DNA of 64,000 nucleotides. It comes from Methanobacteriota archaeon (GTDB lineage: Archaea > Halobacteriota > Bog-38 > Methanoflorentales > Methanoflorentaceae). Below are positions 39,688-50,764 of this stretch, piece by piece. Below the pieces are notes generated by a model, which did no database searches, was not told where the DNA came from, and saw only the letters and a list, made by a program, of their open reading frames with translations. The stretch spans positions 1,568,001 through 1,632,000 of the forward strand of contig OY970393.1 in the NCBI GenBank assembly GCA_963720465.1, read 5' to 3'. The translations under genes were made by a program, and so were the position numbers. Positions within the stretch are counted from its first letter, which is position 1. Each line of letters opens with the position of its first letter.

Positions 39688-41106
39688 ATGGCGGCAAAAA
39701 ACAGCGCTAGCTCGAAAAAACTGAACCTCTTCGACGTTACAAATCTCGTAGTTGGCACTGCCATAGGCGCGGACATCTTCATTGTCTCGGCATTGGCCGC
39801 TGGCTATCTCGGACCTGCAAGCATCGTTGTTTTTATCATCGCCGGCGTAATCGCGATACTTATAGCACTAAGCTTCACAGAAGCTGCGGCTCTTGTTCCT
39901 AAGGTGGGGGGCGCGTTTGCATATGTGTGCGAGGCTTGGGGGAACTTTGCCGGCTTTTTAGTGGGCTGGCCCCTCTGGATCGCCGAAGTTGCCGGGCTTG
40001 CCGTAATGCCGGTCGCGTTCGTGAGTTATCTTCAGTATTTCGTGCCCACGCTCACGGCGCTGCAGGGCGATATTATAAAAATCGTTTTTGTCGCTGTTAT
40101 CGCGTACATAAACGTGCGGGGGGTAAAGAGTGCTGGACGCGTCAATGATGTGCTTACCATCGGAAAATTAGCCCCATTACTGCTGCTGATCGTCGCAGGG
40201 ATTATCTGGTTGGTCGTTCACCCAGGCACAGCAGCTTCGAACTTTACACCATTCGCCCCGCTTGGTTTCAGCAATTTCGGACCAGCGCTGATTATCATTT
40301 TTTGGGCATATACGGGATTTGAACTGGCAGTCATCCCCTCTGGTGAAATCGAGGATCCGACGAAGACGCTGCCGAAAGGAATGGTCATTGGGATGGCAAT
40401 TGTAACCTTTTTTTATATAGCGGTAGGCTTCACGGCGCTCGCCGTGGTCAACTGGACGTCGCTCCAATTCGATCCCGCGCCCCTTGCCACAGCTGGCAGC
40501 GTCGTCCTTTCGTACACGCCGGAGCTTGCTATTATAGGAGGTGCGATACTTGGGCTAGGGGCACTCATCTCAATTACTGGGTTTGAGGAGTCTGCTACGC
40601 TAGCGACTGCCCGGCTATCTTATGCGATCTCACTGGATGGACTATTTCCAAGGCTTTTCAGCCGAATTCATCCAAGGTTTGATACCCCTGCCAATGCGAT
40701 CATTGTGCAGTCCGCCATTGTGTTATTCGCCGCACTAATTGGCGATTTAACGCAGCTCATCATCTTTTCAGCGTTTAATCTTGCTTTTGTCTACCTTGCC
40801 ACGTGTGCCGCCGTCCTGACACTCCGCGGGAGGCAAAAAGAGAGTGACCGCACTTACCTTGAACGGCTTACTGGGCCGGTAATCCCTGTTACCGGCGTGA
40901 TCTTGAGCGTGTTCCTCATGTATGAATGTGGCATCAGCACGGTAGTATTCGGAATCGTGTCGATTCTGATTGGCATCCCGATCTACGTGCTTTATGCGCC
41001 GCGCACCGAGCTAACGACTCTAAAGAGGGACTTCCTTTCGACAGAAGCGGTTCTTGCGAGGACCGTACACAGTAATCTGAATTTCTTTAGACCCCACCGT
41101 AAATAA
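39688..41106 (+). CDS. APC-family amino acid permease
   Basis: VGTAIGADIF, GGAFAYV, WAYTGFE, GEIEDP..TLP, DGLFP..FSRIHPRFDTP; about 12 TM. Confidence 0.93.
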   Translation: MAAKNSASSKKLNLFDVTNLVVGTAIGADIFIVSALAAGYLGPASIVVFIIAGVIAILIALSFTEAAALVPKVGGAFAYVCEAWGNFAGFLVGWPLWIAEVAGLAVMPVAFVSYLQYFVPTLTALQGDIIKIVFVAVIAYINVRGVKSAGRVNDVLTIGKLAPLLLLIVAGIIWLVVHPGTAASNFTPFAPLGFSNFGPALIIIFWAYTGFELAVIPSGEIEDPTKTLPKGMVIGMAIVTFFYIAVGFTALAVVNWTSLQFDPAPLATAGSVVLSYTPELAIIGGAILGLGALISITGFEESATLATARLSYAISLDGLFPRLFSRIHPRFDTPANAIIVQSAIVLFAALIGDLTQLIIFSAFNLAFVYLATCAAVLTLRGRQKESDRTYLERLTGPVIPVTGVILSVFLMYECGISTVVFGIVSILIGIPIYVLYAPRTELTTLKRDFLSTEAVLARTVHSNLNFFRPHRK

Positions 41107-41186
41107 ATGTCGACTGAAGCGGTTCGTGCGATGGTGGCGCGCACAGAAAAGGTTCTCTCGAAGCTCGGCTAACGACGGATTGTGCG

Positions 41187-42614
41187 CTATTTTTGCCGAA
41201 TCCGCCGTGATAGAGGCACGAATGCGATCGTGGCTAACACGACGAGCACAAGAAGTAAAAGCACCGCTACGTCCGTATTGCTGTAGTCAAACAGTCCTAA
41301 GAAGTTTGTTGGTATGGGCTTAGCCCCGACGGCGGTATAGAGGGGCGCACCATAAAGCCACCCGTGGGAGGAATTGTTGTAGTACACGTAGACGTTGTAC
41401 GCTGCTCCTGTGGTGTTTGTGGGGACCGTCGGAGGCGACAGGACGCCAATCTGCTCGCCTGCGCCGAGGCGTACCCAGCCGTAGCCGTCGTTCTGTTGAA
41501 CGGCGGCCGATGAACCGGTGCCGGGATCTTGGTTCAAAACAGCTTCGCCATTGATGCGGCCGGGCAGCGCTGCGGTTCCGTTATGGAGTATCGCATAGGG
41601 GGCTACCCAAGCCGTTGTGTTGCCGAGATTGGTTATATCCCACATGATCGAGTTTTGAGGATTTGGCACCTGTCGAACAGAGGTTACTGTGATCGCAGGC
41701 CAAGCCCCTATCGGTTTGGGTGGGTAATCCTGCTGCAGTTGTGAAATGATCGCAGGGAATCCGAGCTGCTGATAGTCAGCAATCGTAGCTCCCAACCCGA
41801 AGAACACGTTGAAGCTAGTGAAACCCACTCCCTCGGAATAACTCCAATCGAGTAGTGTTTTGTATGTACTGTAATTTAGGGCCGCGTTGTTTTTAGCCCA
41901 CACGCCTGCCGTTATGCCCTGCGGCTTTCCGAGGTTGTACGAGATCAGAGCCCCTTGCTGTATGCTCGTGATTTCGGAGGGATAGTACGCTTCCCACCAC
42001 ATTTGCGTAACGTCAGGATCCGTGTAGCCGCCTTGCCAAACGCCGCACAAGTCGCAGTTAAAAAATGTAACGGTGGCGAAGTAATCCTTCAACGCAGCAA
42101 AATCGCCACTTCGTCCTCCCTCAGTGGCTACGTTTTGCCAGCCAGCCTGCTTCCACATGCTAAAATCCGAATCGAAGTGCGATATGGGTGTTGATTCGTT
42201 AGCGCCGCCGTTCCAGATGATATACTCGACATCCAAGATAGGGTACATGCCCAGCTGCTTGATTTTCTGCAACTCTTGGTCGTACGGGACGGGTGCTGCG
42301 GCGACGAGCACTACTGTGGTGAAGCCCTGAGCTTTAAAATACTCGATTGTGCCATCCCAGATTTGATTGGGCGCCAGCGACACGCTGTAGCCGAGCTGTG
42401 GCTTAGGCGACGCGTCTGAGGGGGCTAGGGCCGTAGCCGCAACTGTCGGCGGTGTCGTCGAAACGGCCGTAGCAGGAACCGTCGTTGCTGCCTTTGGAAC
42501 GGCCGTAGCAGGAACCGTCGTTGCTGCCCCCGAAACGATAGGCACAAAAATGGCCGAGCATCCGACGAGCAACACTAATGCAAGAACGACTGACTTTCTG
42601 ATCATTGTTTGCAC
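41187..42614 (-). CDS. Secreted, C-terminally anchored protein of unknown function
   Basis: Signal peptide, A/T/P linker, aromatic-rich globular region, C-terminal TM + RRIRQK. Confidence 0.85.
   Translation of the reverse strand: MQTMIRKSVVLALVLLVGCSAIFVPIVSGAATTVPATAVPKAATTVPATAVSTTPPTVAATALAPSDASPKPQLGYSVSLAPNQIWDGTIEYFKAQGFTTVVLVAAAPVPYDQELQKIKQLGMYPILDVEYIIWNGGANESTPISHFDSDFSMWKQAGWQNVATEGGRSGDFAALKDYFATVTFFNCDLCGVWQGGYTDPDVTQMWWEAYYPSEITSIQQGALISYNLGKPQGITAGVWAKNNAALNYSTYKTLLDWSYSEGVGFTSFNVFFGLGATIADYQQLGFPAIISQLQQDYPPKPIGAWPAITVTSVRQVPNPQNSIMWDITNLGNTTAWVAPYAILHNGTAALPGRINGEAVLNQDPGTGSSAAVQQNDGYGWVRLGAGEQIGVLSPPTVPTNTTGAAYNVYVYYNNSSHGWLYGAPLYTAVGAKPIPTNFLGLFDYSNTDVAVLLLLVLVVLATIAFVPLSRRIRQK
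42462..42528. repeat. 36-bp-period tandem duplication in a linker (AATTVPATAV twice)
   Basis: aacggccgtagcaggaaccgtcgttgctgcc at 42462 and 42498. Confidence 0.9.
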
Positions 42615-42917
42615 TTACGACTCGCGAGCGGGCAACTTTAAAATAGGCCAAAACACGTCTACGCTCCTCCTATTTGCGAGCTAAGGATCCCCGTGCGGTC
42701 GCTAGTAAACATTTGTGGCGTTGTTGTACCCTTACGTGTGGGCTATTTATAGTTACTCTCCGGACAGTCAGCACGACGATCGCTGAGCCACAAGCGTCGC
42801 GTTCCTATATTTGGACGCGCCGGAACGCATGGCAATCTCCGCTAACGTCTCTCGCCCGCGTCAACCTGTGCAACACGTCGGAGCGCTCAAATAAGTCCTT
42901 TTGATGTCGCTGAGTGC

Positions 42918-43340
42918 TTACGCACTACGCTGTGTGATTATAAAAGTCGTTGCGCCTGCTTGAGACAAATTCACTGGGCCGATTTGCAGGTTGACCGTGG
43001 CGATCGCCACGTGCACCGAACTTGTTCCTTTGACGAAAGTCAGAATCACATCTGATCCTTGGTGAACGGGGGTTGAACCTTGGTACCCTCGGTTTGCCAT
43101 TTCAGTCTTATAAAAATCAGCAACTTGAGTAGCGGAGCCAGTTGTCTGGTAGGTCGTCACATTGCCCTCGCTGGTATTGACTGATGCCGTCTTCAATGAG
43201 GGCTGATACACAGGCACGGCGCTAGGACCGTTCCCCTGCCCACCAGAGGGGGTTGTTGACACGCACCCCGATATGCAGGTGGCCAGGACAATCAAGGCCA
43301 GCACCGGCACAAGAATGTACTTGGTTTTCATTGTTTTCAT
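42918..43340 (-). CDS. Small lipoprotein
   Basis: GAGGT SD, MKTMKTKY + hydrophobic stretch + ISGC lipobox; VADFYK.EM...GY motif. Confidence 0.82.
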   Translation of the reverse strand: MKTMKTKYILVPVLALIVLATCISGCVSTTPSGGQGNGPSAVPVYQPSLKTASVNTSEGNVTTYQTTGSATQVADFYKTEMANRGYQGSTPVHQGSDVILTFVKGTSSVHVAIATVNLQIGPVNLSQAGATTFIITQRSA

Positions 43341-43500
43341 TGCTACCTCACCTAGCTTCGCCCTTATCGCTTTTACCAGTATCGGTGCTCGTTTCTGATC
43401 TGCAGTCCGCAAGCTGCGTATCCAGTTGCCATGCCAAAGAAGCCTCGCACGGAGTTGATAATACCAAAACATCATCGGTATTACTTGCTGACCGTTCAGT

Positions 43501-44061
43501 TCACTTCTCCCCTTTCAACTCCTTTCCGACGCTCCAAGCTTTTGCGAATCTCTTGCCAAGCTCCCAATAACTCTGGTCCGTCATGGTGAAGAGAAGCGGC
43601 CGCACTTTGCCATAGTCTACTACGCCGTCGGTCAGCACCGCATCTTCAGCGTACGTCGTGACGATTTCGCCTATGAACACGTCGTGTTTGGGAAAATCAA
43701 CCACCTTTATGAGCTTGCACTCCGTGCTAATGGGACATTCTGCAATCATAGTGGCGGTCTTGAGGTTGCCATAGAAAACGTGAAATAACTGCGCTTTGTC
43801 GACGTGCTTCCCTGACACCAAGCCACAGTAGTCAGTTTCCTTCACCATATCAGCAGATGGTAGGTTGATGCTGAACGTCCCGTTCTCTTTGATTCCGGCG
43901 TTAGTGTAATGGGCTTTAGCCATCCCGAGGGAGACACTTCCCAGGTCCATAATGCCGACGTGCGCGATGGTGACGAAGTTAGGTCCTCCCTCTACCGTTG
44001 CCCCTACGAGAGTCGTTGGCATGGGGTAAAGACAATTTTGCGCTCCAAGCTCAATTTTCAT
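43501..44061 (-). CDS. Flavin reductase-like (flavoredoxin) protein
   Basis: LYPMPTTLVG, HYT..GI..NGTFSIN, DYCGLVSG, ECP...EC, HDVFIGEIV; GGAGG SD. Confidence 0.92.
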   Translation of the reverse strand: MKIELGAQNCLYPMPTTLVGATVEGGPNFVTIAHVGIMDLGSVSLGMAKAHYTNAGIKENGTFSINLPSADMVKETDYCGLVSGKHVDKAQLFHVFYGNLKTATMIAECPISTECKLIKVVDFPKHDVFIGEIVTTYAEDAVLTDGVVDYGKVRPLLFTMTDQSYWELGKRFAKAWSVGKELKGEK

Positions 44062-44288
44062 CTTGTGCCTCCTTCCAAGTGCGGTTCAGATCTCACGTGC
44101 AGACATATGAGACTTTTCGATCAAGATTCCACTCATCTGGCGGACGTGTTTGATAGTTTAGCTACGCGGCGCCCTTACCAACGTGCGGAGTTCGCACTAC
44201 TACATTTTTGTCAATACGACAATCGTGGTCAACGAGGCGATCGCGCATTAGCAGGCACGAGCGGTCGCCTGAAAAAAAGCGAGCCGTG

Positions 44289-46298
44289 CTAGACGAAATG
44301 AAGGCTGGTTATGATGACATCAATTGCTTTAATCCCGATGAACGGGACTATCAAGCCGCCTACGCCGTAAATCGCAATATTTCTCAAGAGAATTGTTGAC
44401 GCGTCACTCGGCTTGTATTTCACACCTCTCATGGCAAGCGGAATCAGCGCCGGGATGATAAGGGCATTGAATATTACGGCAGATAATATCGCGCTCTCCG
44501 GCGATGAGAGCTGCATAATATTGAGCTTATTTGCTTGAGGGATAGCAACGGCGAAAATAGCGGGGATGATTGCGAAATACTTGGCGACGTCGTTGACGAT
44601 GCTAAACGTCGTAATGGCGCCGCGCGTCATCAGGAGCTGTTTTCCGATCGACACGACCGATATCAGCTTTGACGGATCGCTGTCGAGGTCGACCATGTTC
44701 GCGGCCTCTTTTGCTGCTTGCGTGCCGCTATTCATGGCGAGCCCCACATCGGCCTGCGCCAATGCAGGAGCATCATTGGTGCCGTCTCCGGTCATCGCAA
44801 CGAGCTTGCCTGCTGCCTGCTCGGCTGCGACGATGTTTATCTTGTCCTCCGGCTTGCTTTCGGGAATGTAGTCATCGACTCCTGCCTCTGCCGCGATCGT
44901 CGCCGCGGTGAGTCTGTTGTCTCCGGTGACCATGACCGTCCTAATTCCCATGCTCTTCAACTCTTGCAACCGGTCTCGCATGCCGGGCTTCACGGTATCT
45001 TTGAGGTGTATCACACCGATAGGGTCGTGATCTATTGATACCACGAGCGGCGTCGCTCCCTTGCGTGAAATGCCGTCAACGACTTCTTTAAATCCGCCGG
45101 GAACGTACTTGACGTAAGCTGACATCACGTCAAATGCTCCCTTGCGAATTTCTGAGCCATCGGCTAGATCAACCCCACTCATCTTTGTGTCCGCAGAGAA
45201 GTCGATTACTTCGCTAATCTCCGGCTCAACCAAATCGGGCATCAGCTTCTTTGCTAGGTTCACAATTGACCGGCCTTCGGGGGTCTCATCACGCACTGAG
45301 GCGAGAAACGCTGCCTTCGTGACCTCCCCGCTTGTCTTGTCGCCAAGCGGGATGAACTCCTCGGCGAGTCTGTTGCCGATCGTTATCGTGCCTGTTTTGT
45401 CGAGGATAAGCGTGTTGATATCGCCTGCCGCCTCAACCGCTTTTCCTGATTTGGCAATAACGTTGAATTGCGTCACTCTGTCCATACCAGCGATTCCGAT
45501 TGCGGAAAGCAACCCACCGATGGTCGTTGGGATCAGGCAGACGAGCAGAGCGATTAAGGTAGTGGTGCTTACCAGTGCACCGGAATAACCGGCGAGCGCG
45601 TTAAGCGTAACGATGACGAGAAGGAATATCCACGTGAGGCCCGCAAGAACGATGGTGAGTGCGATTTCGTTGGGCGTTTTTTGTCGCGACGCCCCCTCGA
45701 CAAGCGCGATCATTTTGTCGAGGAACGACTCTCCTGGGTTTGCCGTAATGCGAATTATAAGTTCATCACTCAAGAGCGTCGTACCGCCCGTTACCGAGCT
45801 AAAATCTCCACCGCTTTCGCGAATTACCGGTGCAGACTCTCCCGTTATTGCGGATTCGTCCACGGCGCCCCTGCCCTTGATAACCTCGCCGTCATTCGGG
45901 ATGACCTCGCGAGCGCTGACTCTTACCACATCGTCTTTCACAAGATCGTGCCCGTTTACTTCAACGATCTGATCCCCGACGACCTTATTCGCTGTGACCT
46001 CCTTTTTCGTTTTTTTCAGGCTCTCTGCTTGGGCCTTGCCACGTCCCTCGGCAATCGCTTCGGCAAAGGTGGAAAAGAGCACGGTTATCAGTAAGATCGC
46101 TGAAATCGTGCTAATAAACACGAGCTGTCCGCTTCCGGCTATGGCGGCGGAGATCGCGAGTATGAGCGTATACACGAAGCCCACCTCGACAACAAACATC
46201 ACGGGGTTTGCGATGAGCGACCGTGGATCGAGTTTCCGTATCGATTCCTTTAACGCCTCCACGAGCATTGCCCCGCCATACCACTTTTGGTTGTCCAT
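44289..46298 (-). CDS. kdpB: K+-transporting ATPase subunit B
   Basis: [65 protein letters not shown]. Confidence 0.97.
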   Translation of the reverse strand: MDNQKWYGGAMLVEALKESIRKLDPRSLIANPVMFVVEVGFVYTLILAISAAIAGSGQLVFISTISAILLITVLFSTFAEAIAEGRGKAQAESLKKTKKEVTANKVVGDQIVEVNGHDLVKDDVVRVSAREVIPNDGEVIKGRGAVDESAITGESAPVIRESGGDFSSVTGGTTLLSDELIIRITANPGESFLDKMIALVEGASRQKTPNEIALTIVLAGLTWIFLLVIVTLNALAGYSGALVSTTTLIALLVCLIPTTIGGLLSAIGIAGMDRVTQFNVIAKSGKAVEAAGDINTLILDKTGTITIGNRLAEEFIPLGDKTSGEVTKAAFLASVRDETPEGRSIVNLAKKLMPDLVEPEISEVIDFSADTKMSGVDLADGSEIRKGAFDVMSAYVKYVPGGFKEVVDGISRKGATPLVVSIDHDPIGVIHLKDTVKPGMRDRLQELKSMGIRTVMVTGDNRLTAATIAAEAGVDDYIPESKPEDKINIVAAEQAAGKLVAMTGDGTNDAPALAQADVGLAMNSGTQAAKEAANMVDLDSDPSKLISVVSIGKQLLMTRGAITTFSIVNDVAKYFAIIPAIFAVAIPQANKLNIMQLSSPESAILSAVIFNALIIPALIPLAMRGVKYKPSDASTILLRNIAIYGVGGLIVPFIGIKAIDVIITSLHFV

Positions 46299-46309
46299 GG
46301 CGTGCCCCC

Positions 46310-48007
46310 TTAAAGGAGTGCCTCCCCCAGAGGTCCTAAAACCAGCACCGGGAAAAACGTCAGTGCGCCGAGAATCAGGATGACACCGATCAGTATGAGG
46401 CCAAAAATCCATGTGTCGGTTCGAAACGTTCCGGCATCGTACGGCGTAATCTTCTTACGCAGCAATGAATCAGAAACTAGGAGCATGAGCGGGAACGTTA
46501 TGTATCTCCCGAGTAGCATCGTGACCCCAAGCGTATAGTTCAAAAACGGGGTATTGGCACTCAAACCGGCGAATGCTGATCCATTGTTGGCTGCAGCTGA
46601 TGAAAACGCGTAGAGCATCTCAGTAAAGCCGTGAAACCCTGGGTTGCCTAAAGCGCTCGTCGCGAAAACGATCCCTGCTGCGGTAAACCCGAGTATAAGG
46701 ACCGGATGGACGAGAAATGCGAGGAATGTGAGCTTGACCTCTTTGGATTCAATTTTCCGGCCAAGGTATTGCGGGCTACGTCCGACCATCAGGCCTGCTA
46801 TGAATACGGCCAGTATCACGTACATCAGGATGCTGAGAAGGCCTGACCCCTCACCGGCAAAAAGGGAGCCGATCATAAGGAGGAAGAGCGGGATGGCCCC
46901 TCCGATCGCCGTGTAGCTGTCGAGCATGCTGTTCACTGATCCCGTCCCCGTTGAGGTCGTCGACACAGTGAACATCACGGAGTTGTCGGTGCCGAATCGA
47001 ACCTCTTTGCCTTCCAGATTTCCGCTCGACTGGTTCACCGCAAGGTTCGAGAGAGCAGGGTTTGACGATTCCGCAAGGAGCCCGATGCTGAGCAAGACAA
47101 TGAATACGGTCGTCAGAGTTCCGATGAGAATCCACCCCTCTTTGGTGTTACCTGTCATCACCCCGAATGTGTAAAGCAGGGAAATAGGGATAATTAGCAT
47201 TGCGACGATTTCGATTGCGTTGGTCAGCGGCGTGGGATTTTCAAAGGGGAACGCGGAATTTTGCGCGAAAAACCCTCCACCGTTCGTCCCGAGATGCTTT
47301 ATTGACTCGAGCGAAGCAACCGGTCCTCGGTACAGCGTGCTGATACTCCCTTCAACAGTGTGATAGCTCAGTGGACCTGCAAGCGTTTGCGGAACCCCCT
47401 GCACTAGCAACAAAATCGACACGATGATCGCGAACGGTACAAGCACCCGCGTCAGTGCGCGCACAAAATCAAAGTAGAAGTTGCCAATGCCGTTTATTTC
47501 CCGAAAACCAGGCCGTTGGTCCCTGCTCGCAAACCCCCTAATGAACGCGGCTCCGACCGCCATTCCGGTGGCGGCGGAAGTGAACATAAGAAACGTGATG
47601 CAGATCATCTGGGTGAGGTAGGACGCTTGTGTCTCGCCGGCATAGTTTTGCCAGTTCGTGTTCGTCATGAAACTTACGGCGGTGTTAAACGCTAGGTCGA
47701 TCGGCATGTTTGCCGCACCCGTCGGGTTCAGGGGCAGGTACCCTTGAGTAATTAGAATCAGCATGACAACGACGATCATGAGCCCGTTCACCAAAAGAAG
47801 GGTCAGGACGTAGCGTCCTACGCCCATATTTTCTCTTGGGTCAACACCAACTGCCCAGTGTAAGCCTCGCTCAATCGGACCAAACACCGCGTCGAGTCGA
47901 CTTCGCTCCTTGAAAAAAACTCCAACTAAGTAGCCGCCTACAGGGCGGACAAGGAGCAGAACAGTAGCAAGCTCCAGGATAATTTGAACAACGCCCAAGA
48001 CGTCCAT
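46310..48007 (-). CDS. kdpA: K+-transporting ATPase subunit A
   Basis: [51 protein letters not shown]. Confidence 0.97.
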   Translation of the reverse strand: MDVLGVVQIILELATVLLLVRPVGGYLVGVFFKERSRLDAVFGPIERGLHWAVGVDPRENMGVGRYVLTLLLVNGLMIVVVMLILITQGYLPLNPTGAANMPIDLAFNTAVSFMTNTNWQNYAGETQASYLTQMICITFLMFTSAATGMAVGAAFIRGFASRDQRPGFREINGIGNFYFDFVRALTRVLVPFAIIVSILLLVQGVPQTLAGPLSYHTVEGSISTLYRGPVASLESIKHLGTNGGGFFAQNSAFPFENPTPLTNAIEIVAMLIIPISLLYTFGVMTGNTKEGWILIGTLTTVFIVLLSIGLLAESSNPALSNLAVNQSSGNLEGKEVRFGTDNSVMFTVSTTSTGTGSVNSMLDSYTAIGGAIPLFLLMIGSLFAGEGSGLLSILMYVILAVFIAGLMVGRSPQYLGRKIESKEVKLTFLAFLVHPVLILGFTAAGIVFATSALGNPGFHGFTEMLYAFSSAAANNGSAFAGLSANTPFLNYTLGVTMLLGRYITFPLMLLVSDSLLRKKITPYDAGTFRTDTWIFGLILIGVILILGALTFFPVLVLGPLGEALL

Positions 48008-48015
48008 TCACACCA

Positions 48016-48105
48016 CTAAAACCGTTCGGGATATAGTATGATGTAGGTAAGATATATGAGCAACAATAGCGAGATGACTACGAAGATGACGTAGTATATA
48101 TCCAT
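48016..48105 (-). CDS. kdpF: K+-transporting ATPase subunit F (29 aa, missed by the ORF track)
   Basis: MDIYYVIFVVISLLLLIYLTYIILYPERF ends in the KdpF YL.Y..L.PERF signature, 8 nt upstream of kdpA. Confidence 0.9.
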   Translation of the reverse strand: MDIYYVIFVVISLLLLIYLTYIILYPERF

Positions 48106-48260
48106 CCCTCGCATGATAGGCATGGACATATAAAAACTTCACCCTTAGGGGCCTAAACAAGCTATTTGGAGCATACAACGCAGATATGGGGCCACGCATA
48201 GCGCATCGATACGCGCACAAATTCTAGTTAACTGTAAAACAACAAGGCGCGAACTCATCT

Positions 48261-49028
48261 ATGTATAAGCGCATCCTGCTTCCAATTTCGAACCCAAAAA
48301 ATGCTGAGTACACCTTGAAAGCAGCGCTGAGACTGCTCGACAAGGGAGGAGCGCTGATACTCCTCGGCGTGCTTCGCGCGCATGAAAACTATCCTGACCG
48401 GAATAAGAACTATCGCGACAAGGTGAATCTCATAGTGCGGCTAATGCAATTGGCGCAGAGGTTCAATGTCGAGGCCGTCCCAGAAATCACACACGCCTCC
48501 TCCGTTTATGATGCCATTGTTCAGCAGATAGCGAAACACGATGCGGATCTGACGGTGCTGGGTTACAGTCTGCGATCAACTCTCTACAAGATTCGTCACG
48601 GCGACATCATCTATCCGATCATGAAAAACGCCAAGTGTGATGTCATACTATCGAATCTAAAATATGACAGTGCATTTGAGCGGATACTGGTGCCCTCTGC
48701 AGGATACAAGCATTCTATCGCGGCGCTCAAGATAGCCGAAACGCTTACAGAACCTACACAGGGCCAGATAACGTTACTCCACATAACCGAAGCAAATGAA
48801 AGTGACCAGCTAGACGACCTTAAAGCATTGGCGTCCGCGAATGAGCGAGTAAGCGTGGAAGTCCGTTCAGGTCCCGTCGCTGAGCAGATTATAGCGATTG
48901 CAAAAGATTACGATGCGCTGGTTATGGGAGCTTCGGAACGTCCGCGCAGCGCGAGCGTCGTTTTTGGGACTGTAGTTGACAAAGTAATTGAAAACGCGCA
49001 AAGTAACATCCTCGTCGTGAGAGCGTAG
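48261..49028 (+). CDS. Universal stress protein (tandem USP domains)
   Basis: MYKRILLP, FERILVP, VMGAS...FGTVVDKV..NAQSNILVV. Confidence 0.9.
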   Translation: MYKRILLPISNPKNAEYTLKAALRLLDKGGALILLGVLRAHENYPDRNKNYRDKVNLIVRLMQLAQRFNVEAVPEITHASSVYDAIVQQIAKHDADLTVLGYSLRSTLYKIRHGDIIYPIMKNAKCDVILSNLKYDSAFERILVPSAGYKHSIAALKIAETLTEPTQGQITLLHITEANESDQLDDLKALASANERVSVEVRSGPVAEQIIAIAKDYDALVMGASERPRSASVVFGTVVDKVIENAQSNILVVRA

Positions 49029-49035
49029 ACGAAGA

Positions 49036-49662
49036 TTACCCCGCGGTTGCGTTCGTGGCCGTTGCATTCAGCGCTGCTGCGTTTAAGGCCGTGGCGTTCG
49101 CCTCTGCAGATTTCAGTGCGGAGGGGCTTAATAGGTTATCCAATGCAAGATTGAGTTGCAGTACGTTGACCCGTGGCTCTCCAAAGATGCCGGCAACGGG
49201 ATTTTCAGTGTATTGATTCACCAGCTGGTTGAGCACATCTTGAGAGATGCCTGTCAAATTCGAAATGCGCGGAACTTGCAGCAAGGCGCTGCTAGATGCA
49301 ATATTGGGGTCAACGCCTGAGCCAGATTGCGTCACCAAATCGATCGGAACGAGATTGATAGACGGATTGAGCTTCTTCTGATAGGCCACCTGTTGACTGA
49401 CATTCTCGATGAGGGCAGGATTGTTTGGTCCCCAATTGGACACCCCAGATGGCCTCGATTGAAAGTGCATCGGATCGACAAACGACTGCCCGATTAGGCT
49501 CGAACCAACAACTGTGCCATTTTGTGTCAGCACACTTCCATTTGCAGCCGGCTTATCCGCGATTTGCCCTATGCCTACGAGTAAAAGAGGGAAAACTAGT
49601 CCGCACAATACTAAAAAGATCACGGTTGTTTTGAACGCTGCAAACAGGTCACTTCTTAGCAT
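49036..49662 (-). CDS. kdpC: K+-transporting ATPase subunit C
   Basis: ANGS, VGSSLIGQ, FQSRPS, SNWGP, DLVTQSGSGVDPNI, GEPRVNVLQLNLALD; extra Ala/Asn/Thr tail. Confidence 0.95.
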   Translation of the reverse strand: MLRSDLFAAFKTTVIFLVLCGLVFPLLLVGIGQIADKPAANGSVLTQNGTVVGSSLIGQSFVDPMHFQSRPSGVSNWGPNNPALIENVSQQVAYQKKLNPSINLVPIDLVTQSGSGVDPNIASSSALLQVPRISNLTGISQDVLNQLVNQYTENPVAGIFGEPRVNVLQLNLALDNLLSPSALKSAEANATALNAAALNATATNATAG

Positions 49663-49712
49663 TGATGCCGCATGGAAACATATTCGTTTAAATATCTTGC
49701 GCCGCAGCTGCT

Positions 49713-50160
49713 GAACGTGACTACCTACTAATGTGTGTTATGCGTTCGGGAATCCGCATCTATGAACTGCTGAACCTGCGGCTGCAGGACATCGAATACC
49801 ACAATCACGTGATCAATATGTGAAGGCGAAGGGCAGAAAGCAGCGGCGGCTCCCGCTTGATGTGATGACGCTGGCTGAGCTGCATGACTACGTGGCTAAA
49901 ATACCATCGCGAACAACGCGCCCCTTCCCAATAGCACAGCAATGGGCCTGGGAGCTGGCGAAGCCGTATGGAGCGGTGATCACAAGCACGTACACTCGCA
50001 TAGTTTCAGGCATACTTTGCTATCAACATGGTCCGGCACGGGGTCAATTTCCGGCGGCTGCAGCAGGTGCGGGGACCGGCGTCGATGAGCTCGACTGCTG
50101 TGTACCTGCAGTTCAATGATAGAGATTTGCAGGTCATATATGCAAAGTGCCGATTTGCAT
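49713..50160 (+). pseudogene. Tyrosine recombinase/integrase catalytic domain, frameshifted remnant
   Basis: Across changing frames: ERDYLL....SGIRIYELLNLRLQDIE, then KAKGRKQRRLPLD, then HSFRH, then AINMVRHG...RRLQQV.G.AS.SSTAVYLQF. These cover the R, K, HxxR and Y catalytic boxes. No N-terminal part. Confidence 0.85.
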
Positions 50161-50268
50161 GACCACCTCTGGTCAATAACCGAAAATGAGACCCGAGGGC
50201 CCAGAACTCGAGCGGTTTGACCTAATCAGGACTCTGACTCCCGGCGTTGATCATGGTGGGCTCACCGC

Positions 50269-50748
50269 TTAATGGTGTTGTTCTGCGATTCGCATACGCG
50301 CGGGGCGTATCACCATGATGCACGTGCGGGCATTCCGCATAATCTCGGTCACCGTGCCGCCCACGAGCAGTCTCGACGCTGAGAAAGAGCTTGCGTCTCC
50401 AAGCATGACGAGATCGTAGTGTCCTTCGCTCACCTCGTCCAGGATCTCTGCGGCAGCGTGCCCCTCCCTCACAACCGCGCGGACCGTGAGCCCTTGTTCT
50501 CGCATATATGCACATAGAGGGTCGAGAAAGATCCGTCTCGCGGCCTTTTTCTCTGAGTCAACGTCTCCAACGAGTGCTTCGATCCGCTCCAAATCTTCCC
50601 GAAATATGCGCTTGTAACTCTCGTAGATGCCGCGCTCAGTGAGCACATACAGCAGCGTGTAGTCGATATCGCGCCGGAGCGCGTTTACGGCACATTTCAC
50701 GCCCTCCATAACTGAGGGCGATCCATCAAAACAGACGAGGACTTTCAT
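50269..50748 (-). CDS. Universal stress protein
   Basis: MKVLVCFDGS, REGHAAAEIL, YDLVMLG, LVGGTVTEI. Confidence 0.9.
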   Translation of the reverse strand: MKVLVCFDGSPSVMEGVKCAVNALRRDIDYTLLYVLTERGIYESYKRIFREDLERIEALVGDVDSEKKAARRIFLDPLCAYMREQGLTVRAVVREGHAAAEILDEVSEGHYDLVMLGDASSFSASRLLVGGTVTEIMRNARTCIMVIRPARMRIAEQHH

Positions 50749-50764
50749 GGTTACCACCATCGAT

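Noticed and set aside
46299-46412. Longer kdpB start overlapping kdpA
   Set aside because: Would overlap kdpA by about 100 nt with non-homologous sequence; ATG 46298 lies just after the kdpA stop.
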